A stretch of 64,000 nucleotides of DNA from Psammoneis japonica (taxonomy: Eukaryota): contig QPGO01000019.1 in the NCBI GenBank assembly GCA_008632985.1, forward strand, positions 124,001 to 188,000, in the 5' to 3' direction. The notes beneath the pieces are model-generated. The model ran no database searches. It saw only the letters and a program-made list of their open reading frames with translations, and had not been told where the DNA came from. Shown one piece after another: positions 1 to 12,000 of this stretch (position 1 is its first letter; each line of letters opens with the position of its first letter). Both the position numbers and the translations under genes were made by a program.

Positions 1-855
1 GTCATGCTGCACGTGCCTGCTGTGAAAAGCATGTGAGAAGAACAAGAAAAGGACAAGAAGGTCAGCCAGACTCTGTTGTGCAAAAAAGTGGCTGTGCACA
101 CAGTTGTGAAGATTTGAAACTCCAAAAATGTGGGCAAAGGCATGAGGACAAGTTGAAGGATGTCACTCATGAAAGAAAAAGAAATGATGATTCAACAATC
201 GGTGAGTCAGAAGAAGAACCTTGGTTGAGGACCATTGCTGGGGTGGCACACATGTGCGAGAGCACTGCGCATGTTCTTCCAGAGGCAGAGGAGCTTCTTT
301 TTTGTTGGCATTGTCCATTGTTCACACACACACAACAACAACTTCAGTGGCCCCTTCTCTGCACACCTCACAGTGTATTTCTTTGCTCTTTGCAATGGAT
401 TCAGGCCATTGTTGAGCCGCAAGAGTCAATTCTTCAACCGGACGAGATGTTGCAAAGGCACCACCACCGCTTGTTTGCGGACCAGCACACTTTCGCCTCC
501 GAACGGACAAGAGACAGACACACCTTGGTCTTCGTTGGTACCGCGTACCGTATCCGCCATGGCGGGCATGCATGGCAGCTAATAATCTTTATCTTTAATT
601 ACACAATAAATTTCTTCTTTCAAAAGAAAAACGCTTTATCATTTCAAGTTTTTGAGACACTAGAGAGAGCCAGGTCTTGTGTCACGAAAGAGGGTCGGCC
701 TCTTCCAATCGTATCGTGGTTGGCGTTCAAACAGAGTAGAGAATTCAAAACACATGGATCAAGAATAGTCCTGTGACGCGTTATAGCATTGACCCTCGTC
801 ACGGAGGTCGGTCGTTCTTCAAGCTACTTTCTCAGTTCTCTCAATCTCTTGTTCA

Positions 856-1848
856 TCATTGAGAAAGCATTGCTTTTCGTATCTTTTGTTTCAATAAAGG
901 TTTACCAATCATCTGCAAAACCTTTTCTGGCAACTTTGACTTTGTTTGATCCCAAATATCCTTGGCGATATCCGACGTGGACATTTGAGTGGGCATGTCA
1001 AACATGTTGATTTGATAGTCGGGTTTCAATGCCAACATTTTCTCACGATGAAAGGACGCAACTTGTTTGTAGTATTCTCGAAAGTCGTCCTTGTCTTTCG
1101 CCTTCTGACGATTGTATTTTGTAAAAAGAGTGGAACATTTCTCTTGCGGATCACCCTGTTGCATTCGCTCGAGCCAATAGTCATAATCCAAGGCATGCCG
1201 CGCATTATCCTTCAACAGCGTGACGGCTCCGTGATTCTTCATGCGGCTCTCTACCCACTCATCAATGCCTCGGTCTGTAAAGACAAGAATTGGCTTGCCA
1301 CCACGCTGCCTTTTGATCACGTCTAACATAAAGGGCACCATGTAGGGATAGGGCGTATCATTGACGGCCATAATGCCACTCGTGACAACCTGTTCTACGT
1401 GACGTCTTAGACTTGTTAGTATTTCAATTCCCTCCGCAAAGGTACAATTGTCACTTGTGAAGCAATGCTGACAAGCACCATGATCTTGCATGACTAGAGC
1501 TTGTGCCTTTGCTCCCTCTAGTATTTCTTCATTCAATTGTTTCCCTCTTAGGGGGTAGACGCAACCGCCTTGAAAGTGCACCGACGGTATCCCAAGCTGA
1601 CAAAACGCACTGTGCAACGTCTTTGTTCCGGTAGTGCCTTGTCCAGTTCCGATATAAAAGGGAACATATGGCAAGGAATTATCATTGCTTGTTGTACCAC
1701 GGTGATGGTTTACCTCTTTTTGAGTAGACGCATCAATGCTGTTCTTGTTCTCGTTGTAGGCGGCCTTGTTATTTGCGAGAAAAATCCCGGCGAGCAAACA
1801 ACACAACCCAGTCTTTATTAGCTTGTTCTTTATCTGTTTCAATGGCAT
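856..1848 (-). CDS. Sulfotransferase-like / P-loop fold protein with N-terminal membrane anchor
   Basis: Within ORF 856..2031. Probable start is MPLKQIKNKLIKTGLCCLLAGIFLANN (ATG at 1848), a hydrophobic anchor. Motif YIGTGQGTTGTKTLHSAFCQLGIPSVH and the later D-T-P and R...W..S motifs resemble sulfotransferase-family PAPS-binding loops. Normal TA and Tyr content. Confidence 0.65.
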   Translation of the reverse strand: MPLKQIKNKLIKTGLCCLLAGIFLANNKAAYNENKNSIDASTQKEVNHHRGTTSNDNSLPYVPFYIGTGQGTTGTKTLHSAFCQLGIPSVHFQGGCVYPLRGKQLNEEILEGAKAQALVMQDHGACQHCFTSDNCTFAEGIEILTSLRRHVEQVVTSGIMAVNDTPYPYMVPFMLDVIKRQRGGKPILVFTDRGIDEWVESRMKNHGAVTLLKDNARHALDYDYWLERMQQGDPQEKCSTLFTKYNRQKAKDKDDFREYYKQVASFHREKMLALKPDYQINMFDMPTQMSTSDIAKDIWDQTKSKLPEKVLQMIGKPLLKQKIRKAMLSQ

Positions 1849-2267
1849 TTTTGAGAAAGAACTGTATCCTTTAGGAGGAGATGGGGTGTATGTATTTTCA
1901 ATTTCGCTGCAGGATGAGGGATTGGAACACCGGTAAGGTTTACCACATCGCACATCGCACAACATCCAGAATACGGTAATGAAGTGAGGTAGGTCAGCAG
2001 TCATTGTGTGGACCAAAAAAGAGGCATTCAACGCATGCTACTTAGTCGTAATGTCCGTTCAACGGACAATATGGCGATTTTGTGACCGTGCGAGTACAGT
2101 ATGTACATACATACGAGATCGTGTAGAAAATTACGACACGGCGCGCCAAAAAAAACTGCGGCCTGTGCGTGGTGCGTTGCGGGGCTTTGGTGCGTGTTCT
2201 GCCGTCTGCAGTTGCCCTGTGTTGGAAACTAGAGTACAGTACACGGTATGGTACAACAACAGAAGCA

Positions 2268-2432
2268 ATGAGTGCATCATCAGAACAAGACAACGTAAAC
2301 TCTCGCACCATGGAAGACAAGTCAGTAGCATCCTTGAAGGTGTCAAAAGATGATTCCAAGACGAGCGGGGAGAAAACGACAGCCGAGAAGAAAGAACAGT
2401 CAGTGGTAGAGCAACCTCCTTCTGTTGCTATT

Positions 2433-2465
<33 letters not shown>

Positions 2466-3129
2466 AAAAAGCACCGGCTCAAGAGAAGAAGCATACTGCT
2501 ACCGCTGGTATTACACTTAGAGACGATGGTACTACTGTATTAGACCTGGCGGCTGCATGGTACAAGCCTGGTGATCGTTTTGAGGTGCAGTGGGAAATTG
2601 TCAATAGCGAAGATCCGTCCAAGAATGTCACAAGGTGGTGGGGTGCCACGCTGTTGCCTTATGACGGTCGTGTCGTGTCGGGAGAAGGCGATTCACGAGT
2701 TCTTGCCGTTCGCACTCTTGAGTACGATGCATACCCAGAGGGTGGCTTTCCGGAATCATCAAAGGAAGACGTTGTGGTTCTGGCCGACACGATGCTGCAA
2801 CTAGAAACCGAACAGGAGTTGCCATATCGTAGAGAAGCAAGCGGCGACTTTGAGAACACGACTCTTTGTGGACAAGAAGAAGTGCGCACTGTTTTAGACT
2901 CGGTCGTGTCAAGTACACTCGCCAAGTCGGGAGCGGAGTTTGGGCACTGGATGCGGCGCAACAAGCGTATGTTGCCGACCGTGTCGTCAAGGACAAGGAA
3001 AAACTGTTGGAGGCATTCTCCAAGCACATTGACGAATCTGAAGGTAGGGTCGTCTTTACGGCCGATCTTGTGCAACAGATCATGGCTGAGACCTTTGGTC
3101 AAGCCGCGAAAAAGAGGAGAATGGCATGA
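2268..3129 (+). CDS. Hypothetical protein, apparently one gene split by two single-base homopolymer frameshifts (~2470 and ~2943)
   Basis: MSASSEQ...AAAAAAAAK joins APAQEKK...PGDRFEVQWEI...WWGATLLPYDGR...YDAYPEGGFPE if one A is added in aaaaa. It then joins ALDAAQQAYVADRVVKDKEKLL...KKRRMA* if one G is added in ggg. Confidence 0.6.
2437..2465 (+). repeat. (GCT)n microsatellite encoding poly-Ala
   Basis: ctgctgctgctgctgctgctgctgctgct read directly. Confidence 0.85.
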
Positions 3130-3861
3130 GCATTCTTTGTCAAAGTATGTATGTTATGGAGTTGATTGTTGTATGGACGAAGAATCATTGCGTCGCAGCA
3201 GAAAAGTATCCGTGATTTCTTTAGTGTTTCTGTCGGCTCTTTCTCCTGCTCATTTGCCCGACTAGCTCGACGACTGACTCACCGGCCAGACAAGATGCGA
3301 GTGTGTGTGAGAAATGCGTGTTGATGCCATCAGATCCGACAATGAACTCGGCGTAGAGAAGTATGTAAACGAACGGTCGAGCGTACCGGTACTACCGTAA
3401 CTGTGGGGCCAACATTATGCTGAAAAACAAGAACGCAACGTTACTAATTCTTCTTTTTGCCCGCCGCTCCCTCTTGGATTGGGTGCGCTGTGACAGATAG
3501 AACAGAGATGAAAAGGAAAACGGGCATTTCCCTCAATCTACAGAATTCGTCTGATCTACAGGATACAACAGTACAAACTCATACTTATACTCAAACATTA
3601 CCTACGCGACTACGAGTAAGCCAGTACTAGATAGTACGAAAGGTACGCAGTATGATACGATGTCAGGGGCAATATGAAGGGCAATAAAAAATTGTTATCA
3701 AGGTGCGAATGAGGGTTTTGTTCAAGACTTGAGAGGCGAATTTCAAATATTGTGCGGGGTTTGTTCATTCACTTTTTTTCCTTTCTTGGACTCGATCTGA
3801 GTCGCAATACTCCTCATAAAGCCAATCGAACATTGACTGACTAGGACGTTCATTCGCAACG

Positions 3862-6606
3862 ATGTTTGCCAGTAGAGCAGTTCTTCTCCTGCTCGCTGCA
3901 GCTTTTGCTCCGCAGAGGAGCGAAGCCCAACAGGTACGGACGGATGAATCGAGTGTACTTTGTTTTGGAGTGCTTTGTTCTTGCTTCCTTTTTGATTTCT
4001 AACCGGATTTCTCCAAATAAATCCGTTGTACAAAGGCAGTAGATGACTACGCTCTGGAAGAACTTCTTTTTCTCGGCGATCTCCAGCGGGAACTTGGTAC
4101 CAACATGGGCATCCCGGGAATCGTGGAAAATGCCGTGTGCATGAATGATGCTGCTATGGAACCTGGGCTTACATGTACCTCCCAAGCTGTCGATCTAGCA
4201 TCGGCTATCCCACCCACAAATGTTACGGGATGCAACATGGAAGGAGATGATGTCAGTTTCATCTTGCAATTCCAGCTAGACATAAATGCAGGTCAACGCT
4301 TCGACGTTGGCATTTGGTTTTCAGAAACGGGTACGAGCGCCCAAACAGGAGTCTGCACCGTGGTGAATCTTCCATGGGGGCAGGCACCGACTTACGTTGA
4401 CCTGGACATGACGAACAACCCTTTTCCAGGAGGCGGCGGAAGTGCCCCTCCATCCAACATACAAGATACGTGCGGAGACCTTGACAAAAGTGCTCAGACG
4501 TTCCCTGTCTCGCTGACCATCCCCCTGACGGTAAAATGCGTGGATCTAGTTGGTAATGATCGAATGTTAGACGTACCGTACTGCACCAGCTGGAGGACAT
4601 CAGGAACGACTAAGAATACCCTATGCACATCCCCTCTTGAGACTTTTCCTCTTGAAAAAAGCATGTGCAGATGCGAAATGTTAACGCTCCCCATCATGGT
4701 ACCAGGCACGCCGAGTCCCACGCCATCTCCTACCCCGAGTCCGACGCCGTCCCCTACACCAGCGCCAACGCCGTCTCCAACCCCTGCTCCTACTCCGAGT
4801 CCGACGCCGTCTCCAACTCCTGCTCCGACCCCGAGTCCGACGCCGTCTCCAACCCCTGCTCCTACGCCTAGTCCGACGCCATCTCCAACTCCAGCTCCTA
4901 CCCCGAGTCCGACGCCGTCCCCTACGCCTAGTCCGACGCCATCTCCAACTCCAGCTCCTACTCCGAGTCCGACGCCGTCCCCTACACCAGCGCCAACGCC
5001 GTCTCCAACCCCGGCTCCTACTCCGAGTCCAACGCCGTCCCCTACACCAGCGCCAACGCCATCTCCCACCCCTGCTCCTACTCCGAGTCCGACACCGTCC
5101 CCTACACCAGCGCCAACGCCATCTCCAACCCCTGCTCCTACTCCGAGTCCGACGCCGTCTCCAACTCCTGCTCCTACCCCGAGTCCGACGCCGTCCCCTA
5201 CACCAGCGCCAACGCCGTCACCCACTGTGCGGAAGGGTGCTTGCTGCCCACTAGCTGGATCCAACAGGGTTTGCTTCAAGGGAACTGAAGAAGAATGTCT
5301 TTCAAATTATGGACTCTGGCAAGGAAACGGCGTGACGTGCGAGGACGTAGATTGTCCGACATCACCTCCTACAAGCTCTCCTACCGAAAGCCCTACCATG
5401 GCTCCAACTACCCCGGCTCCGACAGCAGCTCCAACGACCCCTGCTCCTACCAGAGCTCCTACACTGCCACCGACGAAAGTTGATCAGAGTCCAGGAGCAT
5501 GCTGCACCTTGTTTGATGGATGCAAGTTTCTTTCTCAGGAAACGTGCGCTTTGGGTGGTGGTACATTTACAAAACCAAACCAAAAGTGCAAGGACACTGA
5601 ATGCCCCAACAAGGGAGCTTGCTGCTTGGAGGATGGATGCAGTAAAACTTTCAAGAAGGAGTGTACCAACCAAGGAGGCGAGTTCAAGGGATTTGGCGTG
5701 CCGTGTGAACCTGGTTTGTGCCCGACCAAACCGCCAACGCCAGCTCCAACCACGGCTAGGCCTACCATGCAACCCACCATCACTCCTCCCCCGACTGGAG
5801 CATGCTGCGATGTCGAGAAGGATGAATGTGAGCAGACCACGGAAGAAGATTGTGACACGGGCGTATTCTTAGGACTTGGAGTCAAGTGTAAGCCGGGCAT
5901 TTGTCCCACAAGGACTTCTCCCGGAGCGTGTTGCCTCAAATCTGGAGAATGCCGTTTCTGGTCTCAACGGACGTGCGCTACAAACGGAAACTTCTTCTTG
6001 GGTCCTGGTACTTCCTGTAAGAATGTGGTGTGCCCAGTCAAGACTCCAAGCCCTACCCCTACTCCTGCCAAGAAACCGCTTGGTGCCTGCTGCTTTGACA
6101 GTGGTCGTTGCCTCAACCTCATTCCTGCCGTGTGCAGGAAGAAGTACGGCAAGTTCATCGCCATTGGTACCATGTGCAAGGATGATAACACCTGTCCCAT
6201 TGGGCGCAGCGGCAAGCCCGGTGCGTGTTGTCTTGTTAAGAAAAGGCAGTGCAGGACTCTTCCTGAGAAGAAATGCAAAAAGAAGGGTGGGCATTTTGGT
6301 GGTGAAGGTGCCAAGTGTAGCAAGAAAACGTGCCCTGCCGCCTATGGTGCCTGTTGCTTGCCAAATGGAAATTGTGCCGTGTTGAAGAAGACTGCTTGTG
6401 TCAAGAAGAAGCATGGAAAGTTTGTCGGATTCGGTACCAAGTGTAAGAAGAAAACCTGCGCCTCCAAACCCGGTGCCTGTTGCTGGAAGAATGGCAAGTG
6501 CATGGTGCTCAAACAGTCCAAGTGCTACACGCGCGGAGGAAAATTCGTGGGAGCCGGTGTCAAGTGCGGCAAGAACACGTGCCCCAAGAGTCCTGATTAC
6601 AAGTAG
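3862..6606 (+). CDS. Secreted Cys-rich protein: signal peptide, N-terminal Cys domain, PTPS/PTPA mucin-like tract, about 9 GACC-x-C repeats becoming Lys-rich (copy 1, intact). Exons 3862-3933 and 4036-6606
   Basis: Exon 1 encodes [24 protein letters not shown]. Intron gtacgg...ctaac...aag spans 3934-4035. Exon 2 [27 protein letters not shown] is in frame with the 833-aa ORF. Repeats follow GACC...C...C...GG.F.G.G..C...CP. Confidence 0.85.
4708..5226 (+). repeat. Coding 12-bp-unit tandem repeat (TPSP/TPAP)
   Basis: Repeated ccgagtccgacg / ccgtctccaacc / ccagcgccaacg units translating to PTPSPTPA. Confidence 0.9.
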
Positions 6607-6959
6607 CTTGCACCCCGATTACCGGTGGTGAAAAACTTGGCTGAAGTGTCAAGTTCAGGGGTGGAGAAGAACTTGAAGAGAAATCTCGGGTTGATTTTGT
6701 TGAGCTTGTTTGTCAGTGTGCATATTTTGCCGAATCCGTCGACTGTAGTGCATGATAAAAGAAATAAGTTGTTTGATTCGTCATCGATTGCACTTTTACC
6801 GTGAACCCCGGGTGAGTGAGCGAACACCGTTCTTACTGTAAACGTTGTTTGCGCTAGTCGGAATGCCACTCATGCAGATTGTTCACTGGTTCCAGACCAT
6901 TTTCACAAGTTCAGTGAACTGCCGGAACTTATGGACATCATTGTCTCTGATGGCACCAT

Positions 6960-7660
6960 CGAGACCATCAGGCAATGACTGTCTGGAGGCACAGGACTTG
7001 GCAGATCTGATGCTGACACAGCATTGAAATGGCTTCTCTGTCATGGAAAGGTCAGCGGATTGCTCAGAGAAGCACTGTGCATGTTTGTGAGTTGGTTGGC
7101 AAATGAGTCACCCCCATGGGCTGCCTGCTGTGCACTCATGGTGAAGCGACTCATCATGCCAGACAAAAATCTGGGCATCCTTCCAGTCAGCACAGCAGGG
7201 GAGGTTTGGCATTGAGCCGTGGCCAAAGCCATTCTCCTGGTTGCTGGAGCAAAGACCAAGGAAGCTTGGGGTGCCAGTCAGCCATGCCCCAGACTGGAAG
7301 CAGGCATCGAGGGTGCCATCCATGCATGAGCATGCTCTGGGAGTGACACAAATTCAAAGATGACTGTGGGTTTCTTTTTGTTGATGCCTCCAACAGGTTC
7401 AATGAAGATGGACACCTTTGGCCATCCAGTGCCTTGTTCAACAGTCACAAGTGCTGGAGCATCCTGATCATCCATGGAAACTTTAGAGCAGCCCTCATTT
7501 TGTTCACAGAGGTGTTCATGCAGGGCAGCCCACTTGGTGTGGCAGTGCATGGGCTGGGACTTTTTCCACTGGTCTGTTGCTTGAGTGAGCACTTTAAAGA
7601 CACACCCACCCCTCAGCGCACCAATGACTCAGCAGTGGCTGAAAAATTCAACACCTCATG
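6960..7660 (+). mobile_element. Degenerate CRE/SLACS-like non-LTR retrotransposon reverse transcriptase fragment
   Basis: Across frames: LANESPPWAACCALMVKRLIMPDK.LGILPV..GEVW, LEAGIEGAIHA, and MQGSPLGVAVHGLGLFPL (a QGDPL-like RT motif). Many stops and frameshifts, TA-depleted. Confidence 0.6.
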
Positions 7661-8057
7661 GGATTTTTCTTGGGGGGTCCCAAGACAAAGGATCCAAGCA
7701 TGGATTCAGAGTGCCAGCCTGTGGACAAATCCAAGAATGTCCCGGCAGCCCCAGAACACAACCTGAAAATGCCAAGACTCATGACCTCACAAAGGCCCTT
7801 TGGGGCATGGAGTTTTGAATCCATGGCACTGCCAAGTTGTGAGTTTCCATCCACAGCAGGTCTTGCCACCAGAAATTCATTGCAGCTGGAACAGACAAAA
7901 CTCTAAACCAAGCAAGGAGGAACCCAGGAGTGACTTGAATCCAAGGTTGGTTTGGGTCATTGTGTCAATTTCTCCTGTCAGGGTGGTGCTCATCACACAA
8001 AATCAACCTGGCTTGCCTCTTGGGCTCTTTCTCAAATTCAACCCCCCCCCCCCCCCC

Positions 8058-8227
8058 NNNNNNNNNNNNNNNNNNNNNNNNNNNNNNNNNNNNNNNNNNN
8101 NNNNNNNNNNNNNNNNNNNNNNNNNNNNNNNNNNNNNNNNNNNNNNNNNNNNNNNNNNNNNNNNNNNNNNNNNNNNNNNNNNNNNNNNNNNNNNNNNNNN
8201 NNNNNNNNNNNNNNNNNNNNNNNNNNN
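8058..8227. other. Assembly gap (N run) preceded by poly-C
   Basis: Run of n characters. Confidence 0.99.
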
Positions 8228-11039
8228 TCGTGTGTCATGACATTGGCGCTGCTGTTGTCATTCTTGTGAGCCAAGTGGCTCAAAAGCAAATTGCATCACA
8301 CATCCCAAGCAGAGCTGAGAGCACACACAATTGTGCGCAACAAACTAGAATCTTGGTCAAATCCTGTCAAGTTGCTGAAGGAGACAGAGTCCTCATCATC
8401 AAAAATTGTCCAAAAGCTCCCATGGGTTCCAAATGATGAGTCAGTGTTGCTCAAATGAGATGCCTTGTTGCTGGCTTCAGAGGTGCTGCTGCTCCCACAT
8501 TGCTGCTGCTGCACCTGTCAGGGTCAAAAACTCAGCTGCCAAAGAGAGAGTTGCCATTGTTCATGAACCAGCTCCTCTTGCCTTGATCTGTCAACTCCTT
8601 CATCTCCAACTCATCACAGTCAGCCACAACCTTGCAACAAGTTGTGCGCTTGTGTTCCTCATCTTGCTTGTTCTGAGCTGTGTGATTTGTTGCCACTCTT
8701 GCTCTGTCACAGGCCTGACCCACTCTTCATTGGCGCAGAAGTTGGTTTGCTTGGCAATCCACTCCAAGTCATCAGCCATGAAAAAGAAAAAATGAGTCAA
8801 CAAGAGAAGTCAACAAGAGATTTGCAGGCACCAGCTTTGCAGCCCAAGAGGGTCCACAAGCACCTCCTCTGCCAGGGCTTGCATGAGAGTCAGACCACCA
8901 AGGTTCCCAGTCAGAGGCTCCCTCATTTTCCCAACCCCAGCTGGGGCAGGGGCCTCTCCAGCTCAGAGTTCATTGTGGCAGCTCTGTTTTCTTTCTCTTG
9001 GCAGCCCAAACATCAGAAAGCAGCTCCATTCCCAGGCTTTTGTCCACAAACTTGAAGAGACAATTGTCATTCACAACATCAGCTTGCACCTTGGTGTTGA
9101 CAATTGAAGAGTGAGCTTTGGGAAGCACCTCCCTCTCTTTGATCTGGCACCAAATTTCTCCCAAGCTGAAACCCACAACTTGGAACATCTTGGCATTCAG
9201 GGCACAGGATTTGCAGCACTCAACTCTGTCTTCCTTGGGTCACAAAAGCACTTCAGCCCTGTGGGCATGGACAAGGTCATGCAGTGGGTGTCTTCAGTCA
9301 GATGGAACATGCACTCACAATCACCTCCCTTGCCTTCCCATGCCACCAGGATTCCAACCTTAGAGCCAACAAAGAGTTTCCCACTCCAGTGGCAAGCATG
9401 TCTCTGTGCTTGCCTTCAGTTCTCTTGACACTGCCATTGAGGATGCTGATTTGGAGTCCTGGGTGGCTCCTGCAGCCACCAGTTTACCTCCAGTGCCATC
9501 AGAAATTTGTGACCATTTTGCCTGTCACTTCTTTTGCACTGAAATGAGGTGAGCTTCCACATTGGCTGCACTTGCATCCATTTGCAGGAGACTGGCCCTT
9601 TCCCAACATTTGTCTGCTGAAAACCATTTTCTCTCTTGATCATTTGTGCAAGCTCACCAGCACCATGCAAATGACCTTTTCCTGCACTGCAATCCTCTCA
9701 GAGTGTCTTGACAAGAAAGTTGCAGCAAGGGAGATGTCCAGGCAGACAAGGCTCTCTCAGCCAATGAGAACAAAAATGTCAAGCAGAAGACTGCCAATGC
9801 AATTTTGAGGGTGCTGCTGTCAATGCATCTAAACCACATGTTGAGCCAAACAAAACCACAACAACCACTGGTTCAACTGGTGATGCACTTGTCTGTTGCA
9901 TGTCGTGCATGCACTGCTCTCTGCTCTGGCTTAGATTTGACAGTGCTGGCCTCATTGTGGAAGGCACTGCTGTGTCTGTCACCATTCAGCCCAGCTTGCA
10001 CAGTGCAAAACATCTGTTGAGCAACAAATGACAATGCAGCAGACAACACCACAACTTGCTTTGATGCTGAAACAAAGCTCAGCTGCCAGCTGCATGTTTT
10101 TTGCCCCCATTCACCCCCCCCCCCATCTGCAATCAAAGCCTCTCTCAAACACAGTGCATGTTTCCAAACATTTTTTCCAAACAAATGAAGAGAGATTGTC
10201 ATTGGTGCACATCCTCAGAATTCCCATGCAGTGAGGATTTGCATCATGCTCAATGATTGGTTCAGCCTGAGTCAAGTTGTCCCTGTCAAGTTTGTCAGGA
10301 ACATTTCCAGGGGACCAAGTGAAATCAGGAGTGTCAGGGATTGTTGACTGTGCTCTGCATGTTGGTGTGCTGGCACTGCGACATGTTGTTGGAGGGAGAA
10401 ACATCAATGGTCACAAGGCAATCACTTGTTCTTGCAACTCTTGCAGTTGTGACAGGCCCAGAAGCATCTTGCTGGTTGCACCATCACTGTTCTGCCAAGA
10501 CAGTGAGTGGCTGAGCAAGCTTGTCCTTCAGCTGGATTTGCTTGTTCCAAGGCCACTCAGCTGGAAAAACCAGCAACTGCCACCATCCCAAACACCCACA
10601 AATTGTTTCCATCGTGCATCAACCAAGCCTTTTGGGGTGCTGTCTTTGGCCAGTCAGCTGCCACTGCAGCTCTGTTTCTCTCCAGAAATTTCTCCTGAGA
10701 GTGCCTCATGACAGCAGGCATGGAATGAGCATTTGACAGGTGGCTTGCCTTTGGGTTCCAGGCCAATTTTGTGCACAATCCTTCAATGTAAATGTGTGAC
10801 ATCAACAACTGCTTCTTTGTGCTGACAATGAAGGAGTTGTTTTAATCTTGTTGTCTCTGACAACCTTGTCAACTGCCTTTTTTACAACACACTGTCCCCC
10901 ATTTTTTCATTGTCCTGGTCTCCTTTTGTGCCCCTGTCCATTGGGTTTGAGCAAGCTCAGCCTGCACTGCCTCCATGCAAAGCCAATTGCACAGTCAATG
11001 GCAAGCAGAACACCATGCATTTCCATGTGGATGAACTGT

Positions 11040-12000
11040 TGGCAAGCCATGTGAGCCTGAAAGCAAGCGATGACTTTCAAGCTGGCTGAACAAGATGCAT
11101 GGGAGCTGTGGCAAAGTTGTTGCAACATGAGGGAAGAAGCATGACTGCCTTGGCATGACCCTGGACTTCAGACACAAAGGCAAGGTGGGGGTCAATGCAA
11201 CCAACCACATTCACAAGATGATCCATCAAATCCCCAAGCCAAGGAAATCAAGAGTGTGGACACTGCCATGATGCTGTCTGGAGAGAACCCATTTGATGCC
11301 GGTGGCACAACATTGCTGGCCAACAAAGCAAAGACATTCCATGCATGGGTGGCCAAAAGACTGTTTGTGTCCAAGAGAGGCCACATGAATGCCCACCCCC
11401 CACTGTTGCCCCCAACCATTGCAGCATTGTTCACATGAGTCAGAGAACCAGCCAACAAGGATTGGGAAAAGCCATCCCATTGTGTCAAGCACCTGAACAG
11501 GACACCACATTGAGCGCAAAAGACCTCTCCAAGCAATCAAGCAGCATGTGGGCACATCATCATTTGCAGCACATCCTGATTTTAAGAGCTGTGTGGGAGA
11601 ATTTGTGACCATGGGCAATGGAGCAGTGCAAGCACAACGTTGAAACAGCACAAGCTTGACACACAAAGCAGCACAGAGGCTGAACTTGCAGGAATCAACA
11701 ACGCAATGACCATGATGCTGTGGATCAAGTTGTTCATGAAGCACCAAGGCCACCCAATTGTCAAGAACATCTTGTGCCAGGACAGCAAGAGTGACACACA
11801 AATGAAAACAGATGGGTGCAGGAGTGCTGGAAAGCAGCCCAGAGCACTCAACATTTGGCATTTCTTTGTTGCCAATTAGATCAAGAATGGCAACTTCAAA
11901 GTGCAGCACTGTCCAACCAATGGCATGCTGTTTGGAGACATCACAACCAAGCCATTGCAGGGCAAGAAATTTTAAAAGTTTGAACAAGCTGTTGAGGGCT
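11040..12000 (+). mobile_element. Ty1/Copia relic (RT C-terminus and RNase H)
   Basis: GKKHDCLGMTLDF (HDYLGM-like), FHAWVAKRLFVSKR, KLDTQSSTEAEL, ILCQDSKS, LNIWHFF and TKPLQGKKF motifs typical of Copia pol. Confidence 0.75.

Noticed and set aside
33..776. 247-aa ORF as a gene
   Set aside because: GTG start, no recognisable motif, and it straddles a TA-depleted border.
4708..5226. Regular short repeats resembling a CRISPR array
   Set aside because: No unique spacers. The repeats are in-frame Pro/Thr/Ser/Ala codons in an intron-containing gene, and no cas genes are present.
4494..5279. Antisense [12 protein letters not shown] (also 28592-29137)
   Set aside because: Simply the reverse complement of the PTPS repeat.
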